A DNA stretch of 64,000 nucleotides from an uncultured Pelagibacteraceae bacterium (GCA_902554765.1 CACDPY010000003.1:1175-65174); one strand, 5' to 3'; shown: positions 47,132 through 57,130, counted from the first letter of the stretch. The notes: generated by a model not told the origin, from the letters alone. A program made the numbers and translations.

Positions 47132-48613
47132 ATGTCAAAAATTCAAGATTTTAAAATGTATATCGATGGAGAATGGGTAGACTCTTCTTCTGGAAAAAAA
47201 ATTGAAACATTAAATCCGGAAAATAATGAAGTTTGGGCAACTGTTCCTGAAGCCAATGAAAAAGATGTAGATAAAGCTGTTCAATCAGCGCAAAAAGCTT
47301 TTGAGAATAATTGGTCTACACTTCATCCAAAAGAAAGAGCAAAATATTTAAATTTGATTGCTGATCAACTAAGAGCTAATGCGGAACATCTTGGAAAAAT
47401 AGAAACTATTGATACTGGTAAACTTTACAGAGAAACAAAAACTCAGGCTAATTATATTGCAGAATATTATGATTACTTTGCGGGTTTGGCAGATAAAGTA
47501 GAAGGAACTGTAGTACCTATAGATAAACCAGATATGCAAGTTACAACAACAAGAATTCCTATAGGTGTTGTAGCTGCAATTATTCCCTGGAATTCTCAAA
47601 TGCTTTTGACAGCTGTCAAGCTCGCACCAGCTCTTGCAATGGGAAATACAGTTGTAATTAAAGCATCTGAACTTGCTCCTGTAACTCTTTTAGAATTTGC
47701 AAAATTAATTGATAAAGCTGGATTACCAAAAGGAGTAATCAATATAATTACTGGTTTAGGTGAACCTTGTGGAAAAGCTTTAACTACTCATAATCTTGTA
47801 GAAAAAATAGCATTTACAGGTGGACCTGAAACTGCAAAACACATTATTAAAAATTCTGCTGAAAATTTATCTCAGGTAAGTTTAGAGCTTGGTGGTAAAA
47901 GCCCAGTTGTTGTTTTTGATGATGCAGATCAAGAGAATGCACTTAACGGAATTACGGCAGGAATATTTGGAGCAAGTGGACAAAGTTGTATTGCAGGATC
48001 AAGATTATATTTACAATCTAATATTTACGATGAATTTTTAAAAAAATTGATTTCGAAAGCCGAAAAAATAAAGTTAGGTGCTCCAATGGAAAAAGATACT
48101 CAAATGGGGCCACTAAACAGTTTCAAACAATTGGATAATATTGAAAAAAATATTAAAGCTACTATTGATCAAGGGGGTGAAGTTAAATGTGGAGGAAAAA
48201 GATCATCAGTTTCGAATAAGGGCTACTACTTTCCAGCAACTATTATAGAGTGTGAAAATCACAATCTTCCATCAGCAGAAAATGAATTATTTGGGCCAAT
48301 ATTATCAGTAATGAAATTTGAAAAGGAAGATGAAGTAATAAATAAAATGAATGATAACAAATATGGACTTTCATCGGGAGTATATACTTCTAATTTGGCA
48401 CGTGGTTTGAGAGTATCGAAGGCTATACGTGCAGGTATAGTTTTTATAAACACTTATCGACTAATATCACCAATGGCACCTTTTGGAGGAATTAAAGATA
48501 GCGGTTATGGCAAAGAGGCAGGTATAGAATCAATTAAAGAATATACAAGAATTAAAACTACATGGTATAACTCTTCGGATAAACCGATGACAGACCCATT
48601 CACGATGGGATAG
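47132..48613 (+). CDS. Aldehyde dehydrogenase, TgnC-like
   Basis: DTGK..RET..Q..Y.AEYY.Y.AGLADK.EG, P.DKPDM, PWNSQ, FTGGPETAKH, GQSC, C-terminal DPF.M. Confidence 0.88.
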   Translation: MSKIQDFKMYIDGEWVDSSSGKKIETLNPENNEVWATVPEANEKDVDKAVQSAQKAFENNWSTLHPKERAKYLNLIADQLRANAEHLGKIETIDTGKLYRETKTQANYIAEYYDYFAGLADKVEGTVVPIDKPDMQVTTTRIPIGVVAAIIPWNSQMLLTAVKLAPALAMGNTVVIKASELAPVTLLEFAKLIDKAGLPKGVINIITGLGEPCGKALTTHNLVEKIAFTGGPETAKHIIKNSAENLSQVSLELGGKSPVVVFDDADQENALNGITAGIFGASGQSCIAGSRLYLQSNIYDEFLKKLISKAEKIKLGAPMEKDTQMGPLNSFKQLDNIEKNIKATIDQGGEVKCGGKRSSVSNKGYYFPATIIECENHNLPSAENELFGPILSVMKFEKEDEVINKMNDNKYGLSSGVYTSNLARGLRVSKAIRAGIVFINTYRLISPMAPFGGIKDSGYGKEAGIESIKEYTRIKTTWYNSSDKPMTDPFTMG

Positions 48614-48616
48614 AGC

Positions 48617-49474
48617 TTGCCGTTTAAACATTTGCTAATTTTAATTTTTATTATGATCGCTCATGGAAGTGCATTTCCTGTTGCAAAACTTGCCTTAAAT
48701 AATTCGGTGCCTCCTGTGTTAATGGCATCTTTAAGAATGGGACTAGTATTGTTGATATTAATTCCATTTTGGAAATTTAAAATTCCAGCTAAGAAATATC
48801 AAAAATCTTTAATTCTTTTCTCTTTATCAATGGGGGTAATGGTTTATGTGTTTATGAATTTATCTCTTTACTACTCAACCATTATATCACCAATAATTCT
48901 TGGTTCACAATTAGCAATACCTTTTGGAATAATAGCAAGTGCTTTAATGTTAAATGAAAATATTTCAAAAAATAAATGGATACTTATTTTTACATCTTTT
49001 GTAGGAATTTTAATAATATTTTTTGACCCTCAATTAGCAAATAATTATATTGGATTATTTTTTGCAAGTTTAATGGCATTTTTTTTTGGTCTTGCTCAAG
49101 TTTACTCAAGACAATTAAAAGAGCTAGATGTGAGTATGATTAATGCTAGCACAGGTCTTTTTGGTTTTATAATATTAATGATAATTTCTTCATTTATAGA
49201 GGGTAATTTATTAATCAATATAAATTCGATTGAGAAACAGTCTTGGTTATTAATATCTTATCAGGCAATTATAGTTTCTCTATGTGCTCATTTATTAATG
49301 TTCTATCTTTACAAATTTTATACTGTTGGTAAAATTTTTCCTTTTTACTCTCTTTTTCCAATATTTGGGATACTGTTAAGCTATCTTACCTTTGGAGAAA
49401 TACCCTCTGTTTTATTTGTTTTAGGTGGTATAATTGTAATTGGTTCTGTAATTTTACTCAATAAGATAAAATAA
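48617..49474 (+). CDS. EamA/DMT family transporter
   Basis: About 10 TM helices, two EamA repeats, GE near C-terminus; TTG start. Confidence 0.82.
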   Translation: MPFKHLLILIFIMIAHGSAFPVAKLALNNSVPPVLMASLRMGLVLLILIPFWKFKIPAKKYQKSLILFSLSMGVMVYVFMNLSLYYSTIISPIILGSQLAIPFGIIASALMLNENISKNKWILIFTSFVGILIIFFDPQLANNYIGLFFASLMAFFFGLAQVYSRQLKELDVSMINASTGLFGFIILMIISSFIEGNLLININSIEKQSWLLISYQAIIVSLCAHLLMFYLYKFYTVGKIFPFYSLFPIFGILLSYLTFGEIPSVLFVLGGIIVIGSVILLNKIK

Positions 49475-49543
49475 TTTGCTTATTGAAAATAGTTTAGTGT
49501 AGACTTACCTTATTTTAGAAAGTTTCTTTATAAATCAAATAGT

Positions 49544-50728
49544 ATGAATTTTATAAAATTATTAATATCAATAATTATATTATTATTTATTAATACTACA
49601 AATCTCCTTGCTGAGATAAAAGTTGGAATTATTCTTGGTTTCACAGGCCCTATAAGTTCTTTTACACCATCTATGGCAAAATCATCTGAACTGGCTTTTA
49701 AAGAGGCCTCAGACTCGGGATTGTTATTAGGTGGTAAAACTATTTCTGCATCTAGATTAGACTCTACATGTGTAGATTCTGCATCTGCAGTAGAAGCAGC
49801 AAGAAATTTTATTTCACAAAAAGTAGTTGCGATTATAGGTGCTAGTTGTCCTAATATTGCTAAAATTATTGCATCCAAAGTTACAATTCCAAGTAAGGTA
49901 CTAATGATCTCACCTTCATCTACATCACCGGATTTAGAAAATTTAATTAATAGTGGATTTTTTTTTCGAACTACACCTTCAGATACCAGAGGTATAAAAA
50001 TCTTAGCTGATTTTACAAAAGACAAAAATATTAAAAATGTGGCAATTACTTTTGTAGATAATGCCTATGAAAAAAATTTATCAGAGGTATTCAAAAATGC
50101 TTTGGAAACTCAAGGCATCAAAGTTACAACAAATAGTTCTCATAAAGGGGGTAAAAATGATTACTCATCTGAAGTAGCAAAATTAGCATCATCTGGTGGA
50201 GACGCTTTAGCTATTATTAGTTATACGGATAGAGGTGGTAAAGAAATAGTCCAAGCATCGCTAGACTCTGGAACTTTTAATAAGTTTATTTTTTTTGATG
50301 GTATGGTTAATAAAAATCTTACCGATATATTTGGTGAGAAGATAAATGACTCTTTTGGAATTTTACCTGGATCAAAGAAAAAAGGTGCAAGAATTTTTGC
50401 TAATATAATAAAAAAAAATAATATAATTTTAGGGCCATTTATCGGTGAGTCCTATGATGCCGCAGCATTAATTATATTAGCAATGCAGGCAGGAAATTCT
50501 TCAAATAGTGGTTCTATTTCCAAAAATATTTTAGAAATTGCTAATTCGCCTGGAACAAAAATTTACCCTGGTGAATTAAAAAAAGGTTTGGAATTAATCA
50601 ATAAAGGTAAAAAAATTAATTATGAGGGTGTAACTAATATAGAATTTTCATTAGATGGAAAAATAAAAGGTTCTTTTTTAGAACAGATTGTTAAAAATGG
50701 TAAATTTAAGAGTCAGCACCAAAGATAA
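49544..50728 (+). CDS. Orphan branched-chain-amino-acid-type ABC substrate-binding protein
   Basis: Signal peptide, IKVG...GFTGP, ISPSSTSP, FFRTTPSD, YDAA. Confidence 0.82.
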   Translation: MNFIKLLISIIILLFINTTNLLAEIKVGIILGFTGPISSFTPSMAKSSELAFKEASDSGLLLGGKTISASRLDSTCVDSASAVEAARNFISQKVVAIIGASCPNIAKIIASKVTIPSKVLMISPSSTSPDLENLINSGFFFRTTPSDTRGIKILADFTKDKNIKNVAITFVDNAYEKNLSEVFKNALETQGIKVTTNSSHKGGKNDYSSEVAKLASSGGDALAIISYTDRGGKEIVQASLDSGTFNKFIFFDGMVNKNLTDIFGEKINDSFGILPGSKKKGARIFANIIKKNNIILGPFIGESYDAAALIILAMQAGNSSNSGSISKNILEIANSPGTKIYPGELKKGLELINKGKKINYEGVTNIEFSLDGKIKGSFLEQIVKNGKFKSQHQR

Positions 50729-50752
50729 TTTTCAGTGTGTGGTAAAAATTAA

Positions 50753-50821
50753 TTATAAAATATATTTATCAGCAATATACAATGCCCAGGCCAGGGCTAT
50801 TCCTAATAATATATATTTCAT
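50753..50821 (-). CDS. Candidate 22-aa membrane microprotein
   Basis: Manual translation MKYILLGIALAWALYIADKYIL*, 15 nt downstream of the proC stop. Confidence 0.4.
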   Translation of the reverse strand: MKYILLGIALAWALYIADKYIL

Positions 50822-50836
50822 ATCTTAATATTTTTA

Positions 50837-51604
50837 TTAATTATTTAGTCGTTTATATATATTATTTAGTGTTTTAACAATATGGCTGTAAACTTTTTGT
50901 TTTGACATTTCTTTCAATCCTTGTTCATTAAGTCCTTTTGGGGTTTGTGAGTCTTTTACTAAATATTTCAATTCTTTTTTTGAATTAATATATGCATCTT
51001 CTGATAATGCCAAAAATAATGATGTTATATGTTTTTGTGCATCATTTTTTTTAATACCTTTTTTAATAAGCCAATCACTCATTATTTTTAACATATTATA
51101 ATAAGAAGCCATCATTCCAGAGATGGCCCAAAAATTTATAGATAATTTTTCATTCTTAATCTCAATTGTAGATCCAATTTTGTTGAAAAAATTTTTTACC
51201 TTTTTGTTAGGAGGAAAAATTGGTACAGGTCCTTTTTTCAGAGAAATTGGAGGAAGAGGTATTGCTCTTGTTATATTTGTTTTTATTTTAATCATCTTTT
51301 TTAGCTCAGATAAAGTTATAGTTGAAATAAAACTTATAATTGTTTGATTAGATTTAAATTTTAAATCTTTAATTATTTTTTTACCAACCTGGGGTGTAAC
51401 GCATAAAAAAATCCAGTTACATTTATCAATGATATTTTGATTTTTTTTCTCAATAGAAACTTTTTTAAATTTTTTTTTAAGATTATTTGATATTGTTTTA
51501 TTTCTAGATGAAATAATTATTTTTTCATATTTAATTGAAGACTTGCATATTCCAGTTATTACTGAAGAGGCAATTTTACCTGTACCTATAAATCCTAAAT
51601 TCAT
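50837..51604 (-). CDS. proC: Pyrroline-5-carboxylate reductase family
   Basis: GFIGTGKI, R.IP.P, QTPKGLN.QG. Confidence 0.8.
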   Translation of the reverse strand: MNLGFIGTGKIASSVITGICKSSIKYEKIIISSRNKTISNNLKKKFKKVSIEKKNQNIIDKCNWIFLCVTPQVGKKIIKDLKFKSNQTIISFISTITLSELKKMIKIKTNITRAIPLPPISLKKGPVPIFPPNKKVKNFFNKIGSTIEIKNEKLSINFWAISGMMASYYNMLKIMSDWLIKKGIKKNDAQKHITSLFLALSEDAYINSKKELKYLVKDSQTPKGLNEQGLKEMSKQKVYSHIVKTLNNIYKRLNN

Positions 51605-51654
51605 TAACCAATAATAATCTATAAATATAAAAATATCTCTGTAAAATTTTAAGT

Positions 51655-51692
51655 AAAAAAAAACCTCCCTCTTAAAATTAAGAGGGAGGTTT
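51655..51692 (-). terminator. Strong intrinsic terminator after the OMP gene
   Basis: 15-bp perfect inverted repeat AAACCTCCCTCTTAA/TTAAGAGGGAGGTTT with A-run 51655-51663. Confidence 0.88.
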
Positions 51693-51721
51693 AATTAAAT
51701 TAACTAATCTTGAACTTTTAT

Positions 51722-52414
51722 TTAAAACGACTTACCAACTGAAAGTCTAGCACCATATCCTGTGATACCATCAGCTGTTACTGATTTAGTTGAATCGTTT
51801 TGGTTGACAAGCGTCGCTCCATCTAATTCCATGTAGTTAGCTTCAACTCTTACGAATGTGTCGTTTTGTACATCTCTTTGATAACCAATACCTACAGTGA
51901 AACCATCTAATTCTGTGTCACCATACGCACCACCTGTACCTAAAACTTCATTTGTTACTACGTCTACTTGAACGTATCCAACTTTTGCATATAAACCATC
52001 TAAAGCTGGGACTTGTACAGTAGCATAAAGTGTTGCTAAGTTTTCAAAATCAACTTGCACAGTGTTATTTTGTGCAGTTCCAAGTTCTCTTTGAGCATTT
52101 TCAGTTGTTTCAGTATCCAATGAGTGTGGAACATAATCTAAACCAAATGCAACTTCATCTGAAACTTTAACTTCAGCAAATATTGATCCGATTGCATATA
52201 ATCCCTCTGCATCATCTTCTGAAGCATTTTTTAATATATCTCCAGGACTTGCAGAACCAACATGGGCACCTTTAAATTCTTCTTTTGCACCGTCTACATC
52301 AAAAACTCCAGCTGATAACGATACACCAAGATTAAATCCTTGAACTCCATCAAATGCGTTTGCATTTGTGAAATAACCAAAGATCATTACTATTAATATA
52401 GTTAATTTTTTCAT
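51722..52414 (-). CDS. Outer-membrane beta-barrel protein (OmpA/OmpW-like fold)
   Basis: Signal peptide (ANA), alternating beta-strands, C-terminal Phe. Confidence 0.8.
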   Translation of the reverse strand: MKKLTILIVMIFGYFTNANAFDGVQGFNLGVSLSAGVFDVDGAKEEFKGAHVGSASPGDILKNASEDDAEGLYAIGSIFAEVKVSDEVAFGLDYVPHSLDTETTENAQRELGTAQNNTVQVDFENLATLYATVQVPALDGLYAKVGYVQVDVVTNEVLGTGGAYGDTELDGFTVGIGYQRDVQNDTFVRVEANYMELDGATLVNQNDSTKSVTADGITGYGARLSVGKSF

Positions 52415-52525
52415 AATTTTACGCTTTCTTTAATTAGTTAATTTGCTGATTTCATAACACTAAAACTAAGTTTTTTATAATTAAAATTATAGAAAATAAC
52501 AATTTTCAAAGAATTTTTTTTTAAC

Positions 52526-52543
52526 TGTTGCTAAAATACAACA
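52526..52543. promoter_or_regulatory. Palindromic operator-like site upstream of the OMP gene
   Basis: TGTTG-CTAAAATA-CAACA. Confidence 0.45.
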
Positions 52544-52589
52544 TAATTTAGAGTAAATTTATTGAAGATTCTAGCTTAAATTGTAGGCT

Positions 52590-53498
52590 TTAATTAAAGA
52601 AATAACCTCTGATTCTTAACAATTCTCTACTCAGATTTTGATTTTCTTTAAATGGTTTTCTTCCATGGAGCCAAAAATAATTGTTAGCAACAATTATTGA
52701 TCCTACAGGAAGCTTGGTTATTACTTTATTTTTACTTTCTTCAAGAGAGTCCGATAGTTTTTGTAAAAAAATCCCTTGTTCCATATTTTTTGGTTCTGGA
52801 AATTGATCAATATATGAAATTTGAGGCTTCCCCTCTTTATCTTTAGAGAATATTGGATGTTCAACTTTGTAATCAATATTTTTACTTTTTGGTGATCCCC
52901 AAATAAAATTTTGTTTTCCAATAGGATCATTAAATAACTCTTCACAATATTCCCAATCATCTAGATGTAACATTGCAGTTTCTCCCCCCTCAGCATTTTT
53001 TTCTTCAATCTTTGTCATCAATAACCAATCGGTCGTATCCTTTACATAAGTTCCATCAGTGTGAAGATCCATATTTGTATAAGCTTTTCTCAAATAAGAG
53101 TCACTCTTATCCTCATGTTTAACATGAAATCTGGCATAGTATTTTCCTGCCATAGAATCATGATTTGGTTTTCCTAAAATATGAGCAATAGCTGTTGATA
53201 ATTTTACAAAAAAAACATCATCAAGTTTTTGATTAAAATTTTTTGGTGATATTATAAAACAACCTGTATTTCTATCTCTAATAATGGAATTGATAAATTT
53301 TCCAAATTTTGACTCAGTCAAATCATCTAAACTCTTTGCAATCGTAAAACGAGAAAACGGTTTAAGCTCTAAAGCTGTAATATCAAACTTATTGAATGAA
53401 AATAATAATTTCTCTAATATTTGATCATCAATGTGTATTTTGTAAATTCTTCTTGATTGTTTGTGAAAATTGACTTCAAAACCTGATATTTTATTCAT
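52590..53498 (-). CDS. glaH: Glutarate dioxygenase (CsiD/GlaH)
   Basis: YYARF, DSYLR, Fe ligands LHTDGTYV and WLHGR, REL.R.RG. Confidence 0.9.
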   Translation of the reverse strand: MNKISGFEVNFHKQSRRIYKIHIDDQILEKLLFSFNKFDITALELKPFSRFTIAKSLDDLTESKFGKFINSIIRDRNTGCFIISPKNFNQKLDDVFFVKLSTAIAHILGKPNHDSMAGKYYARFHVKHEDKSDSYLRKAYTNMDLHTDGTYVKDTTDWLLMTKIEEKNAEGGETAMLHLDDWEYCEELFNDPIGKQNFIWGSPKSKNIDYKVEHPIFSKDKEGKPQISYIDQFPEPKNMEQGIFLQKLSDSLEESKNKVITKLPVGSIIVANNYFWLHGRKPFKENQNLSRELLRIRGYFFN

Positions 53499-53541
53499 AA
53501 ATAAAAATACAATTTATCAAAATATAAAAATTTGCAAAGAA

Positions 53542-53865
53542 TTAAAAATAATTATTTATCATTCCTATCGAAATTGCTGAAAAAATTGTAGGATAGACAA
53601 AATTTTTTTTGGTTATGAAAAAAATCCCTAAACTTATTAAGACTACTAAAACTCTACTTAAATAACTTGCGTCCGACAATGTTCCAACGGGAAATACTAT
53701 TGTTCTAGCAATAAGAGCCGCTAGTGTCGCATATGCCAAACAGTTAAACCATCTAAATACTTTCGACTCTTCTTTAATTCTTACTGATGATAAAACTCCT
53801 AAAAATCTAGACACATAAGTTGCTAAAGAAGTTACAAGTATTGATAAAATAATATTAATTGACAT
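53542..53865 (-). CDS. AzlD domain protein
   Basis: TY.SRFLG, LAAL; likely start ATG 53865 (track 53889). Confidence 0.78.
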   Translation of the reverse strand: MSINIILSILVTSLATYVSRFLGVLSSVRIKEESKVFRWFNCLAYATLAALIARTIVFPVGTLSDASYLSRVLVVLISLGIFFITKKNFVYPTIFSAISIGMINNYF

Positions 53866-54559
53866 CTTTTTCTCCAAAATAATAAGCAACTGTTCCAGCT
53901 ACCAATCCACCTAATAAAATTGACCATTCGGGTGAAAAAAAATAAAAAACTGGTCCTAAGATACTTCCAAGTATAACCGATAAACTAACTTGAATATTTT
54001 TCATTGCTCCAACCATCATGCATGTAAAATAAATAGGATTTAAAATTGCCAGCCCCATTAACATATCTTTGTTTAAATAATCCGATAAGTAAAAACCAAT
54101 AATAGTTGCAAGAACTGCCACACTCCATGTTGCTGAACCAATTCCTATCCAGAAATCAACACGGTCTTTCTTTTCAATTGTTTCGTAATTACTTTTCATT
54201 ATTAACCAGGCTGAAACAGCAATAAAATGACATGACAAATAGTATTTCCATTTTGGTTGACTTTTATCCATCATCAACGGGAATAGAGAAACTGCCATTG
54301 GGTAAAGTCTTGCATTAACAAACCAAACAGCAATAAATATACTTAATAACGAAGCTCCAATTAAAATTGACTCTGCCATAACTAGTGACCCTGGCAAAGC
54401 ATAGATTATCATTGTGGAAAAAATACTTTCTTGAATGTTAAAACCAATATTTTTTAAAAGTGCTCCAATAGCAATAAAACAACAACCTAATGCTATTGCT
54501 GGACTATCAGGTTTTAATATTGATTTATAACCTTTAAAAAAAAATTCTTTTTTAATCAT
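53855..54559 (-). CDS. AzlC family permease
   Basis: VNAR motif, multi-TM, paired with AzlD. Confidence 0.8.
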   Translation of the reverse strand: MIKKEFFFKGYKSILKPDSPAIALGCCFIAIGALLKNIGFNIQESIFSTMIIYALPGSLVMAESILIGASLLSIFIAVWFVNARLYPMAVSLFPLMMDKSQPKWKYYLSCHFIAVSAWLIMKSNYETIEKKDRVDFWIGIGSATWSVAVLATIIGFYLSDYLNKDMLMGLAILNPIYFTCMMVGAMKNIQVSLSVILGSILGPVFYFFSPEWSILLGGLVAGTVAYYFGEKDVN

Positions 54560-55344
54560 TAGCCACCTAAGAATAAGCGACCTACATCAGGGTTGCTTAA
54601 AAGATCATTGCCTTTGCCCGCTATGGCAGTTTGTCCTGAAACTAAAACATATCCGATATCTGCAAATTCAAGACCTTTTTTAGCATTTTGTTCTACAAGA
54701 ATAATTGTTTTTTTTTCGTTTTGTTGAAGATCTCTCAAAATTTCAAATACCATATCTATATATCTTGGCTCCAATCCAATTGATGGTTCATCAACCAATA
54801 AAACAGAGGGTTTCATTACAAGTGCTCTAGAAATTTCCAATAGCCTTCTCTCTCCCCCAGATAACACTTTTGCAGGTTGATTTCTTCTATTTCCTAATCG
54901 TTCATATTTTTGAAGAATTTTTTCAGCCTCTTCGTATGACTCTTCTGTTTTATCTTTAATAAATCCACCCATTAGTAAATTTTCTTCTACAGTCATATCT
55001 GGAAATACAGAATTATCTTGAAGAATGTAGGCTATTCCTACAGACTTAAGTTTTTCTGCTGGCGTAAGGTTTGTAATTTCTTTTCCATCTATTTCAATTT
55101 TTCCTTTAAATATATTTGTAAACCCATAAATTGAGTGAAGTATTGTAGATTTACCTGCACCATTGGGGCCAATTAAACATAAAGACTGACCCTTGCTTAC
55201 AAATAAATCAAAATTATGAAGAATCTCCATTTTTCCATAACCAGCATTTAGTCCTTTAATTGTTAAATGAACATCTTTAGATGATAAATTTTTTAAATCC
55301 TCTGCCCCTGGTGCTTTACCCAAAACTTCATATTGATTTGACAT
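54559..55344 (-). CDS. LivF-like ABC ATP-binding protein
   Basis: GPNGAGKS, LSGGE, DEPS.GL.P, VEQN. Confidence 0.9.
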   Translation of the reverse strand: MSNQYEVLGKAPGAEDLKNLSSKDVHLTIKGLNAGYGKMEILHNFDLFVSKGQSLCLIGPNGAGKSTILHSIYGFTNIFKGKIEIDGKEITNLTPAEKLKSVGIAYILQDNSVFPDMTVEENLLMGGFIKDKTEESYEEAEKILQKYERLGNRRNQPAKVLSGGERRLLEISRALVMKPSVLLVDEPSIGLEPRYIDMVFEILRDLQQNEKKTIILVEQNAKKGLEFADIGYVLVSGQTAIAGKGNDLLSNPDVGRLFLGG

Positions 55345-56084
55345 TATTGTGCTCCCAAATAAGCGTCGATTACTCGCTTGTCATTCTTAATTTCATCAGG
55401 TGATCCATTAGCAAGCATTTTTCCATGAGCTAAACAAAAAATATTTTCTGCTAATTGCATAATAACTTTCATATTATGTTCAATAACCAATAGTGTGATA
55501 CCAAAATCTTGATTCACTTTAATTAATCTATCTATTATTCCATTAATTAATGTTGGATTAATTCCTGCAGTTGGTTCATCTAACAACAACATTTCAGGTT
55601 CATTCATTAATGCCATTGCAAGTTCTAACAACTTTTGTTGGCCGAATGACAAATCTCCTGCTCGCAATTTTCTTTTTTGATAAAGACCTACAAAATTTAA
55701 CAAAGTTTCAGCTTTTTCTGTAAGATCTTTGGGAATTTTAGAAAATATAGTAAACAAACTTGCATCACTACCCTTGTGGCTAATTAGCATATTTTCTACA
55801 CAGTTTAACTTGCCATAAATTCTTGTTTGTTGAAATGTTCTTAGTAAACCAAGTTTTGCTATAACAGGTACTGGTAATTCTGACACTTCCTTATCGTTAA
55901 ACTTAATTGATCCATTATCTATTGGATAAGTTCCAACAATTGAATTAAACAAAGTAGTTTTACCAGAACCATTTGGCCCTATTAAACCAACAATTTTTCC
56001 TTTTTCAACTTTCATTGAAATGTCTACATTGGCTTTAACCCCACCAAATGATTTACTTACATTATTAATTTCTAAAATACTCAT
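55344..56084 (-). CDS. LivG-like ABC ATP-binding protein
   Basis: GPNGSGKTT, RTFQ, LSFGQQ, DEPTAG, AYLG. Confidence 0.9.
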   Translation of the reverse strand: MSILEINNVSKSFGGVKANVDISMKVEKGKIVGLIGPNGSGKTTLFNSIVGTYPIDNGSIKFNDKEVSELPVPVIAKLGLLRTFQQTRIYGKLNCVENMLISHKGSDASLFTIFSKIPKDLTEKAETLLNFVGLYQKRKLRAGDLSFGQQKLLELAMALMNEPEMLLLDEPTAGINPTLINGIIDRLIKVNQDFGITLLVIEHNMKVIMQLAENIFCLAHGKMLANGSPDEIKNDKRVIDAYLGAQ

Positions 56085-57130
56085 TTAAGTTCTACCTGTG
56101 CTTTTCGATCTGCTTCATCAATAGTTTCTCCAAATCTTTCTGGGTATTTTTCTCTCAACCATCCCATAATTCCTTCTGGGAAATAAATTACTATTACCAC
56201 AATTAGAATACCAAGGGCAACATACTGCCATCCTAAAAAGAATGTCCAGAAACCTTCTTTAAAAATATGAAAAACTGTTGCACCAATTACTGGTCCCCAT
56301 AAAGTTCCTTTACCGCCAAGGATTGCCATTAAAACCATAAACACTCCCATCTCTCTTCCATCAAATGCAACATCCGTTGAGTCTATATACCCAACCAGTC
56401 CTCCCATTATTCCACCAGCTAAACCACAAAAGAAAGCTGATACCATCCAACCGATGATTTTATATTTCATCGTTTCAATTCCCATAGCTTCAGCTTTATC
56501 TTCGTTATCTCTAATTGCATTAAGAATTAGTTTAAACCTAGTTGAATAAATCGATCTAACAGCTAAGAATGTTAGTATAAGTGCTCCAAAACTTAAAAAG
56601 TAAAAGAATTCTCCTCTAGCCTCTAAACCACCAACATTAGGGAAAGGTGGGGTTGTGAAACCTTGACCAGCTCCTATAATTTCTATACCTCCAGATATTT
56701 CACCTGCTGCTACTCCTAACCCTAAAGTACAAATTGCAAAATAATGTCCTCGTAATCCTAAAATTGCATAACCAATTAGTCCAGCAACTATTGTTGGGAC
56801 TACTGCAGCAACAACTAATCCTGCTGCCATTCCTTGAAAAAATTGAGCTGGTGTATGTACAAAAGTTTTTTCTCCACCACTTTCTGTCCATTCCGCTAAA
56901 GGGAAAAACATTCCAACTTGTACAGATGCACACAAATACATTCCTAAACCATAAAACAAGATGTTTCCAAATGTATTATATCCCATTTCACCACCTTGGA
57001 TATTCCATGTAATAGCTAAAACAATTAATACACAAAGAATCGATAACTGAACTTTAAATGCTGGAAAAACAAAAGGTGCAGCCAATCCAAATATTAAAAT
57101 TGCAGTGTATAATAATATATTTTTATTCAT
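56081..57130 (-). CDS. LivM-like ABC permease
   Basis: LRGHYFAI.TL, AIRDNE..A, GG.GT..GP. Confidence 0.88.
   Translation of the reverse strand: MNKNILLYTAILIFGLAAPFVFPAFKVQLSILCVLIVLAITWNIQGGEMGYNTFGNILFYGLGMYLCASVQVGMFFPLAEWTESGGEKTFVHTPAQFFQGMAAGLVVAAVVPTIVAGLIGYAILGLRGHYFAICTLGLGVAAGEISGGIEIIGAGQGFTTPPFPNVGGLEARGEFFYFLSFGALILTFLAVRSIYSTRFKLILNAIRDNEDKAEAMGIETMKYKIIGWMVSAFFCGLAGGIMGGLVGYIDSTDVAFDGREMGVFMVLMAILGGKGTLWGPVIGATVFHIFKEGFWTFFLGWQYVALGILIVVIVIYFPEGIMGWLREKYPERFGETIDEADRKAQVELK

Noticed and set aside
49528-50025. 165-aa antisense ORF
   Set aside because: Antisense shadow of the SBP gene; no recognisable motifs
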